Source: Octopus vulgaris (taxonomy: Eukaryota). From it: 64,000 nucleotides of DNA. Of the stretch, positions 54,028-64,000 are shown piece by piece. A model generated the notes under the pieces. It saw only the letters and a list, made by a program, of their open reading frames with translations, did not search any database and was not told where the DNA came from. Location: assembly GCA_951406725.2 (NCBI GenBank), contig OX597836.1:46686001-46750000 (forward strand). Direction: 5' to 3'. The translations under genes were made by a program, and so were the position numbers. Within the stretch, counting starts at the first letter, position 1. Each line of letters begins with the position of its first letter.

Positions 54028-55257
54028 TAATGGCTTATCTCAAGATGCTGAACCTTGTGAAAGAGTGGACAAAAGACTGAAATGATTGGTCAAAAAACTG
54101 TACTTGGAAGACTCAGCCATCTCAGTCAAAATGAGGTCCATCCTCCACAACTCATCCTCCTGCATCAGTCGTATAACACTCTTCCTTCCATAACTCTTCT
54201 AACTATGGCATTATTTATTTAAATGTTGTAAATGTAATGCTAATACTGTCCCTCCTTCTCAACCCACCCCTATTACCTTCATTTCCCATTCGATTGATAT
54301 TCATCATTGGCCACGCCTCCACTTGTGTGCCCTGTTCACTGCATACCCCTCAATCCCATCAATCAAATGCCTTGCAGAAAGCTTCACCATAAGTCATTTG
54401 TGTAGCACAGAATTAAATGCTTTGGTAAGTTGAGATTGATAACCCCACCCCCATGGGCCACGATCTGTAATTCAGTTGATGTCTTCAAGAAATTCAATGA
54501 TCTGATTACTGCAGCTGGAATTAGGAGTAAATCCAAATTGTGAGGTTGAGTTAGGTTATGAGAATTCCAATGGGTCTCTGATAAAAGTCTTCGTCAATTT
54601 TCTCAATTTAATGATACGGCAAGAGAGTCTGACTCATCAGCAACTGACAGCTGATGTGTCAGACTCTCTTTTCAAACAGGAATGGGATGCTGGCAATTTG
54701 TTCAAAACTGAAAGAGGAGTAAAAGCTGATACAGTTGAAAGAGGCCCCCACATCTGAGAAGCAGACAGGTAACACCATCAAGACCCAAGGAAGCATAGTT
54801 GCTCATGAGCTTGAGGGGGCATTGGGTGGAGCATTTCAGGTGTAAAATACACATTTCAGGTGTAAAATACATTTCAGGTGTAAAATACATTTCAGGTGTA
54901 AAATCAGGTGTAAAAGCTGATACAGTAGAAAGAGGCCACCACATTTGAGAAGCAGACAGGTAACACCATCAAGACCTGAGGAAACACAGTTGCCCATGAG
55001 CTTGAGATGGCATTGGGTGGAGCATTTCAGGTGCAAATTCAAAAGATGTTCTGGATTTTAGGGTCAGTAATGGTAGAGATGGCTCATTTGAGGTTTCAAC
55101 AGTAAAAAGGCCTGCATCATATGCAATAAGTTCTGCACATTCTTTGGGATCGTCATTAATCTAACCTGCGGTGGGACCGTGGATGGTCTGAAAAGTGAGG
55201 TCTCTCTTTCACAAGCACATACTTCCAGAATGATCTACTTATCTAGGCTGGTTGTAA

Positions 55258-55715
55258 TCATCATCATCGTTTAACGTCCGCTTTCCATGATAGCATGGGT
55301 TGGACGATTTTGACTGAGGGCTGACAAACCAGATGGCTGCACCAGGCTCCAGTCTTGATCTGGCAGAGTTTCTACAGCTGGATGCCCTTCCTAACGCCAA
55401 CCACTCTGAGAGTGTAGGGGGTGCTTTTTACATGCCATCGGCACGGGGGCCAGTCAGGCGGTACTGGCAACAACCTCACTTGAATCCTTTTACACATGCC
55501 ACCAGCACAGGTGTCAATAAGGCGACTTTGGTAACGATCACGCTCGAATGGTGCCCTTTTATGTGCCACTGGCACAGAAGCCCGTTGGCTGCTCTGGCAA
55601 CGATCATGCTTGGATGGTGCTCTTGGCACTCTACTAGCACAGACACAAGTGCCAGTAAGGCGACGCTGGTAACGATCACGCTCGAATGGTACCCTTTAAG
55701 TGTCACTGGCACGTT
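55258..55715 (-). mobile_element. RTE 3'-end fragment (family C) with internal sub-repeats
   Basis: Family match. Confidence 0.78.
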
Positions 55716-56639
55716 GTTCAAATTTAGGTTCTACTCTTGTAGTCATTTGTTTGATAGAATTATGTGTTGTTACACCTTCTATTATCCTTTGTTGTAGGTA
55801 ATCTCTTTTCACACTCTGTATTGTGCCATTCTCTCCAGGCAAGGAAGAACTGCCACAGCCTTCCAAATTTGCACTTAGCAGATTTCTTGTATGTTTACTT
55901 GACATCAACAGCAACAACAAAAACCAATAACAACAGAAGTTTTTTTTTTCTCTGACACAAGCATCTCTAGCTTACCCCCAACCCATAACCTTTTCAATGA
56001 AAGAATACAATTTTCTCTAAAATGTCTTGGAGGCAAACTTGCTGCCATTCACAAAGTTGCATAATGGAATTATTTCCAGGATTCAATGAATGAACCCCAG
56101 AACTGACGAATATACATTTTATAGGAATTTGTCTTTGAGCAATGATTTCTGAATATATTGGCACTGTTGTTGTTGTTGTTGTCGTTGTTTCATGAATGAA
56201 TTAAATGAATGAAATAAGAAATATAAATGATTTCTAAATTGCTACAACTGCTTTGAGTTGAAATGATTGAACAATAATGATTGGAAGATAAACAAGATTA
56301 GAGTTCAGTATGTATCAAAGAAACTGGCATTCGGGGGAAGATTTACTGGGATCGCTGAAGAACTACGAGTGACATATTGCAGTGACAGCAGATTCAAGTC
56401 ATTAATGCGTTGTGTCAGGAAGAAAATCTTGTGAAAGCTGGCTGACTTGATAAAATTTCAAACTGCCAGTGGATAGGTGGATGGTTTGTGTCAGAGGTGA
56501 TACGGTGTATTCTAGGTCTTGTGTATTCTTGTCTAAAATACTTCTACAGAACACAGAATGGAACGACTTATAGTAAAAACTAAGAGTAGTGATTGGATAG
56601 ACTATGGGTTCAGGTCCACTTGTATTAAAGTTTGATGGG

Positions 56640-57350
56640 GTATAACAGTGGCTATGACATAGTGGGTAAAACAGAGTCAGAATAACAGAATGAGAATAAC
56701 AAAGCAGGAATAACAGAGCAGGTATAAAAGAGTAGGTATAATGGTGGGAATACTAGAGTGGGTTTAACAGAGGAGGAATAACAGAGTGGGAATAACAGGG
56801 TGGGTATAACAGGATGGATATAGCAAGATGGGCATAACAGGGTGAGTAAAACAGGGTGGGTTTAACAAAGTGGATATAACAAGGTAGATATAACAAGGTG
56901 GGTAAAACAGGGTGGGTATAACAGGGTGGATATAGCAAGGTGGATATAACAAGGTGGATATAATAGGATTGATATAACAGGGTGGGTATAGTAGGGTGGG
57001 TATAACAACGTGGGTATAATAAGGCAGATATAACAAGGTGGGTAAAACAGGGTGGGTATAACAGAGTGGGTATAACAAGGTGGGTATAATAAGGCAGATA
57101 TAACAAGGTGGGTAAAACAGGGTGGGTATAACATGGTGGATATAATAGGGCAGATATAACGGTGGGTAAAACAGGGTGGGTATAACAAGGTGGGTATAGT
57201 AGGGTGGATATAACAGAGTGGGTATAACAAGGTGGGTATAGTAGGGTGGGTATAACAGGGTGGGTATAATGGTGGATTAAACAGAGAGTGCATAACAGGG
57301 TCGGTATAACGGTGGGAACAACAGAGTGGCTATAGCAGGGTGGGAATAAC
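56640..57350. repeat. 14-bp strand-asymmetric G-rich minisatellite (ATAACAGGGTGGGT)n
   Basis: Direct reading; the 14-aa periodicity of overlapping ORFs equals 3 x 14 nt. Confidence 0.92.
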
Positions 57351-57803
57351 ACTGTAATATTATATATATTTGATAATGTGATATCAAACGTTGTACAGCC
57401 AGTAATATTACAATCAACAAACAGCATCAAAACCAGCAAAAATTTCAACAAGAAAATCTCTCAGAATCAATAAAATACATAAAAAACATTTTGCTTCGTT
57501 TACATCTCTACTTTTGTCTGGCGTGTATCCCTGATGTACTCAGATAAACATCCACCCTGAAGTAAATCCACAAAATAGACTATCTGATGTAGCTTAGAAA
57601 AAACACATATATTATATATATATATATATGAAATAAACACAAACATATATATATACTCTTATTTGTTTATATGTTTCAGTGTTAAGGCTGTGGCCAAGCT
57701 GGAGCACAATCAGTATAATCACCCTTTCCATGGCCATTCTTGGTGAAGGAGGAAGTTGGACATTGCGGCCCTCCTTTGTGTATGTCTCTCTATATATATA
57801 TAT

Positions 57804-58047
57804 ACTCTTTTACTCTTTACTCTTTTACTTGTTTCAATCATTTGACTGTGGCCATGCTGAAGCACTGCCTTTGGTCGAGCAAATCGACCCCGGGACTTAT
57901 TCTTTGTAAGCCCAGTACCTATTCTATCGGTCTCTTTTGCCGAACCGCTAAGTGACGGGGAACGTAAACACACCAGCATCAGTTGTCAAGCAATGCTAAG
58001 GGGACAAACACACACACACAAACACACACACACAAACACACACACAT

Positions 58048-58132
<85 letters not shown>

Positions 58133-58297
58133 TACAACAGGCTTCTTTCAGTTTCCGTCTACCAAATCCACTCACAAGGCATTGGACGGCCCGGGGCTAT
58201 AGCAGAAGACACTTGCCCAAGATGCCACGCAGTGGGACCGAACCCAGAACCATGTGGTTGGTTAGCAAGCTACTTACCACACAGCCACTTCTGCGCA
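57804..58297 (-). mobile_element. SINE family A, full length
   Basis: Reverse complement of family A. Confidence 0.88.
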
Positions 58298-58316
58298 TAT
58301 ACATATATACATACAT

Positions 58317-58374
<58 letters not shown>

Positions 58375-59197
58375 GTCTATCTATCTATCTATCTATCTCT
58401 ATATATATACACACACACACACACATACAGAGACGTATATACTGAACTACGAATTCCCTAGTACATATATCTGAAGTTCTACATACTTCTTTGCAAGTGT
58501 GTATTGCATATAAAGAATTTCTGATGGTTGGGTGAATAATAATAAAGATGATGGTTATGAAAAGAGTGACGTATGATTTCACCATTACTGCTTTCATTGT
58601 AGAAATGCAAATATTATCTCCAAAACATAAGTATAGTGGAAATATGTTTTATTCATGTTAATAATTCTGGCTGAATGGGAAAGAGAATTTTTCAAGCCAA
58701 TGATATGAGTCTCACTGGATTTGAGGAGATAATAATTCTTGATAGGAGAGATTTCACATCTAAAAACATGTTAGTATGTATGTAGTTATGTGCTCCTCTC
58801 TGTACCGTTCTGTGGTTCTTAATATATAGATAAATAGATAAATAGTTAGAAAGATCTGTATTTGCATGTGTGTGGGTGTGTGTGTGTGTGTGTGTGTGTG
58901 TCCATGTGTATACACATACATAAATATATATACATATATAAACATACATCTATGTATATATGTAGATTGCCTTCGAAACGTGAAGTAGATGAAACGGTTT
59001 TTTTATGTTCTGTACCTATATATGCATGAATATATACATATATATGTAGGTATGTACATATATGTATGTATATATGCATATATTCATATATCATTTATAT
59101 TATACATATATACATATATATATATACATACATACATACATACATACGTGCATGCATACATGCATACATATTCCTCAATATATATACATATACATAC

Positions 59198-60100
59198 ATC
59201 ATCATCATCATCATCATCATCATTTAACGTCCGCTTTCCATGCTAGCATGGGTTGGACGGTTCAACTGGGGTCTGAGGAGCCCGAAAGCTGCACCAGTCC
59301 AGTCAGATCTGGCAGTGTTTCTACAGCTGGATGCCCTTCCTAATGCCAACCACTCCGAGAGTGTAGTGGGTGATTTTATGTGCCACCGACACAGGTGCCA
59401 GACGAGGCTGGCAAACGGCCACGCTCGGATGGTGTTTTTTATGTGCCACCGACACAGGTGCCAGACGAGGCTGGCAGACGGCCACGCTCGGATGGTGTTT
59501 TTATGTGCCACCGACACAGGTGCCAGATGAGGCTGGCAAACGGCCAGTACATACATACATACATAAATATATATATATACTACTGCTCTATTCTTTAGAG
59601 TGTGCCTCTTTTCTGATATGTTTCATTAATTAGTTAATTAATTAACGTATATAGATATGTATATGTATATATATATACACACACATACATATGTTGTCGT
59701 CGTCATCATTATTTAATGTTTGCATTCCATGCCGACATGGGTTGGACGGTTTGACTGAGGACTGGTGAGCCAGTAAGCTGCACCAGGCTCCAATCTGATC
59801 TGGCAAAGTTTCTATTGCTAGATGCCCTTCCTAATGCCAACCATTCCAAGAGTGTAGTGGGTGCTTTTACATGCCACCAGCACGAGGGCCAATCAGTCGG
59901 TTCTAGCAACGACCATGCTCAAAGGTACTTTTACGTGCCACCTGCACGGGAGCCAGTCCAGCAGCACTGGCAATGACCACACTCAAATGTTGTTTTTTCA
60001 CATGCCACCGGCGCATGTGCCAGTAAGGTGACACTAGCAACGATCATGCTCGAATGGTGCTTTTTACATGCCACCGGCACAGGGGCCAATCAGCTGCCCT
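59198..60100 (-). mobile_element. Two neighbouring RTE 3'-end fragments (family C): 59198-59546 and 59700-60100
   Basis: Family match; the first has three tandem sub-repeats of about 62 bp. Confidence 0.78.
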
Positions 60101-60179
60101 GACAACAACACTGTATTTTAATGTGCATAAGGAACCCCCTAATTTTTGGGGCTTAAAATTTGGAAAAAAACGGTTTTGT

Positions 60180-60263
60180 AAGGGATTAGGTAAATTTTGA
60201 TAAGTGCACCCACACTTATCAAGTAATGCATTTCGCTTTTGTGTGAGGAGAGAAAGAGAGAGG

Positions 60264-60295
<32 letters not shown>

Positions 60296-60413
60296 CTATA
60301 GTAAGAAAGAAAGGGCCTTCTATGAAAGAGAAGGGAGACATAAATGAAATTAGAAATATCTTAAATGATACTGAGATGTTTTGCATCTCTCTCTCTCCTG
60401 CTCTGTATGTCTG

Positions 60414-60465
<52 letters not shown>

Positions 60466-60530
60466 TCTCTCTCTCTCTGTATTTCTCTCTCTTTCTCTGT
60501 ATTTCTCTCTTTCTCTCTCTCTCTCTCCCT

Positions 60531-60566
<36 letters not shown>

Positions 60567-61762
60567 AATGCATAGTACTGTGGAAGAGAAAAATGTTTTT
60601 CTTTTCTTAAACACACAAGATATAATATGTAAATTAAGGATGTCTTTAAAAGATACAATATTTTCCCATTAGAATATATTTCTTTTCTCACGCAACATTT
60701 AAGATATAGTTATTTTAAATCGATTCTTTGTGCAGAGAGAAAACTGATTCTCTCAATCCTGATTAGAGTTTCAGGCAGGGAAACTTGCAAAGGGAAAGTG
60801 AATTTTTTCTTTTTTTCATTTAAAATACTCGATACCATTTGAATTTATTCTGCAATCTGGGATTAACAGATCCAGTGATTTAAGAGGTAGGAAAAAGATA
60901 TTTTGTTTTAATATACTTTTATTTGTTTTACACAAACACAAAAATTCCCCAGGGGATATATTCCTGACATTACTACTAATTTCTATAACTTTAGCATTTT
61001 CACTTCTTTTCAAAGTTGCTGGAATTTTCAATCTAACATAAACACAGCACTCTTGAAAACGTATTTCTGTTAAATGGTGTGGGTGGAATTTATGAGTGTT
61101 CCATCCTGCCACAACTTCTGTTTTCCCGACAAAAAGTGTTTTGTGGCATATTAGGAAGTCACCTTAATTCATTCAACGGAAACAAATTTTCAATGATTCC
61201 AGGAGGGCAGGGGCGATTTTTTCAACCAGCCCCTTTTTTCCGAGATTACAGCACATTAGGAGGTCAGGATATTTGATTCCATGCTAAAAATCCGAGGTTT
61301 TATTTGTTTTCATAGTGAAATGCATGCGGGTGCACTTATCTAAATTTACCAGGAGTGGCTGTGTGGTAAGTAGCTAACCAACCACATGGTTCCGGGTTCA
61401 GTCCCACTGCGTGGCATCTTGGGCAAGTGTCTTCTGCTATAGCCACGAGCCGACCAATGCCTTGTGAGTGGATTTGGTAGATGGAAACTGAAAGAAGCCT
61501 GTCATATATATGTATATATATATATGTATGCGTGTGTGTTTGTGTGCCTGTGTTTGTCCCCCTAGCATTGCTTGACAACCGATGCTTGTGTGTTTACGTC
61601 CCCGTCACTTAACGGTTCAGCAAAAGAGACCGATAGAATAAGTACTGGGCTTACAAAGAATAAGTCCTGGGGTCAATTTGCTCAACTAAAGGCGGTGCTC
61701 CAGCATGGCTGCAGTCAAATGACTGAAACAAGTAAAAGAGAAAAGAGAAAGAGATACCCTTA
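60180..61762. mobile_element. Putative non-autonomous DNA transposon nested in the pogo 3' region
   Basis: Inverted GGTAAATTTTGATAAGTGCACCC (60189) and GGGTGCACTTATCTAAATTTACC (61328); right end interrupted by a family-A SINE. Confidence 0.45.
61351..61752 (+). mobile_element. SINE family A
   Basis: Family match. Confidence 0.88.
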
Positions 61763-62184
61763 AAGAGAATATAAATAAATTGTCTTCACAAGTTAACAAG
61801 TTTTATCAAAAATATTTTTTATTAATCATAGAAACCATTAAATTCCTCTCATCTGATGCATCATAATCAGATACAACTACTGGTAATTCATTATCATCAG
61901 AGTCACAATCACTTCTTTCTTCACACCATTCCACAGATTCTTCACTCAGCTGCAAACTTCACCGATCGTTGGCTTCCAAACTTTTCCTGTTGGTCTTAGG
62001 TTGGAGTCACCCCCTTGCACCCACTTACTCCAATCATCTCTCATTAGTCCCTTGAATTGTTTGTTGATACTGACCCCCAGAGGTTGAAGCTGGCTTGTCA
62101 GGCCAATCACTGCCAATTGGCTTTCTGATCTTTTTGCCAACTTTTTTGTTTCGTCAGTTATATAGGCCCTGAACTGATCTAACA

Positions 62185-62568
62185 GGAGGGGAAGCACTCC
62201 ATCGGTTACGACGATGAGAGTTCCGGTTGATCCGATCAACGGAACAGCCTGCTCGTGAAATTAACGTATAAGTGGCTGAGCACTCCACAGACGCGTGTAC
62301 CCTTAATGTAGTTCTCGGGGATATTCAGTGTGACACAGAGAGTGACAAGGCCGGCCCTTTGAAATACAGGTACAACAGAAACAGGAAGTAAGAGTGAGAG
62401 AAAGTTGTGGTGAAAGAGTACAGCAGGGGTCACCACCATCCCTGCCGGAGCCTCGTGGAGCTTTAGGTGTTTTCGCTCAATAAACACTCACAACGTCCGG
62501 TCTGGGAATCGAAACCGCGATCCTACGACCGCGAGTCCGCTGCCCTAACCACTGGGCCATTGCGCCTC
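62185..62568 (-). mobile_element. tRNA-derived SINE (family D) inserted in the pogo ORF
   Basis: TGGCCCAGTGG and GGTTTCGATTCCC boxes; 11-bp TSD CTGATCTAACA at 62174-62184 and 62569-62579. Confidence 0.88.
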
Positions 62569-62994
62569 CTGATCTAACAACAGCATAGATGGCTTCTTAA
62601 AAAGGTTCCCAGGTCTAAGAGACTCCAAATCTTCTCGAACCAAAGCTTCATACCATCTTGATCCATCCAGCCCTTTGCATGAACATACACAAGAACCCCT
62701 TCTGGCAGCTTCTCCTTTGGAAGTATCTTCCTTTTGAAAACAAGCATGGGTGGCAACTGGGTACCAACAGCACAGCATGCCAAGACAACTGTGTGGTGGG
62801 TCTTCTCATGCCTACTTGTCTTGATGCCTACTGTTTTGGCCCCTTTTTGATTTACAGTTTTGTTGGAAGGAACATCAAAGTTAAGTGGAACTTCATCCAA
62901 ATTTGTTATGTGGCAAAGTTCAAAATTGATTTCTTGCATAAATTAATGATATAAGAATGAAACTTAAGAATCTTTTCTTCATCAGGCATCTTCT

Positions 62995-63069
62995 ATGGAC
63001 CGTGAAGTCTGGCGTAGCATGGTAAATTCCATTGTCTCGACCACGGTCGAACAATGATGAATGATGATG
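62995..63069 (+). mobile_element. 75-bp extreme 3' fragment of an RTE LINE inserted in the pogo ORF
   Basis: Matches 26019-26090; 11-bp TSD AGGCATCTTCT at 62984-62994 and 63070-63080. Confidence 0.88.
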
Positions 63070-63954
63070 AGGCATCTTCTGAACAAGCTTGGTTCTCGTC
63101 CTTAGACTCAAACTATTCCTCTTCATAAAAGAGCAGCATCAGATGGGCGTGCCTTTAAAACCAGTTGTCTCTTCTGTCTCCTGTTCTGCCTCTTTGCTCT
63201 TTTTTATCTCCTGAGCAATTCTTCTTCCTCAATCAATGAGGATCTTTGTCGAAACAAATGCACCAGTTTGAGTTTTTCCTCCAGATTTGGCCACCTTGCC
63301 TTTTTGCTTCATGCTGCTCTCTTCATCCTTGGCATCTCTAAAAGTTCGTCTTTGTGCTTTCCCCACAGTCCAATCATGGCAGCCACAAGAAGAGGAGGCC
63401 CAAGCTGTTTTGCTGCAGCTCTATTTCCATATTCCTCTGCAAACTGAATCACTTTCAATTTGAAATTTGCAGGATATAAAATGCGTTTTTTACTCTCGGA
63501 AATTTTTATGCTAACAGAAAACAAAAATCTATAAAAAGAGGAATGCAGGATCAATTTAAATAAGAGCAGGCAATACCTAAGACTGTGTCTCAGTTGAATT
63601 TCCATATATGGTCATGCTACATTCACACCTGTTTCAGTGTAAGCTGCATTGCCATATATGGTTATTGAGTATGCTTGCTATCTCTGATGGATTGTATGAC
63701 CTCCGTATGTGGCCAGAGTTTTTAAATAAGTGTTAATGTTTGCACTTGTGTGTTCACTCGCAATTTTAAATACAATTTAGAACTTTCATGTTGATACAAA
63801 AATACGGATTTAACAGTCTTGGTGAGCATGAGTAAGTACTGCATCCCTAATTAGTGGTTTGGACTTTAGCTGTTCTTTCTAGCATAAAGGATTCCTATGA
63901 TGGAAACCTCCTAATGTGTTTAAATGTACACTGTATTTAATATATATACATACA

Positions 63955-63986
<32 letters not shown>

Positions 63987-64000
63987 GGGAGAATTTACGA

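Larger units (their letters stand above)
61845..63510 (-). pseudogene. Decayed pogo-family (POGK-like) DDE transposase
   Basis: KRILYPANFKLKVIQFAEEYGNRAAAK (Brinker-type HTH), FMKRNSLSLRTRTKLVQKMP (CENP-B-type HTH), NLDEVPLNFDVP...TVVLACCA...KGWMD, LLLDQFRAY...TSQLQPLGVSINKQFK (DDE_1); stops, frameshifts and two insertions. Confidence 0.9.

Noticed and set aside
56753-57451. 232-aa Pro/Tyr-rich repeat protein
   Set aside because: It comes from a 14-bp minisatellite; all three minus frames give the same rotated peptide.
62490-62568. tRNA genes at SINE heads (also 1810 and 17645)
   Set aside because: The A/B boxes run straight into SINE bodies, some with TSDs, and I saw no complete cloverleaf.

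Overview
This is AT-rich eukaryotic DNA dominated by microsatellites and transposons. The repeat families suggest a coleoid cephalopod, probably Octopus (inferred from recognition, not from a search). I found no intact protein-coding gene; nearly all listed ORFs are translations of microsatellites or SINEs. The window holds about 20 copies of a tRNA-derived SINE with an internal (TA)n/(CA)n tract, two other SINE families, 3' ends of RTE-clade LINEs, a fragmented CR1/L2-group LINE, decayed mariner and pogo transposases with nested insertions, a Penelope-like GIY-YIG remnant, a 7 x 145-bp tandem SINE array and several satellites. The strongest signal is a set of unrelated small elements, mostly fold-back (inverted-repeat) and mostly in or beside (TA)n/(AAT)n tracts, that carry type I hammerhead ribozyme motifs. 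One is fully canonical (6816-6903) and two are near-canonical (19267-19342, 46143-46188), consistent with Penelope-like-element-derived ribozyme-bearing mini-retroelements. A chain of minus-strand candidate exons (52.3, 33.9, 28.6, 13.3 and 12.9 kb, with one GC-AG intron) suggests a long spliced, probably non-coding, transcript. All coordinates were read by eye; repeat boundaries are approximate.
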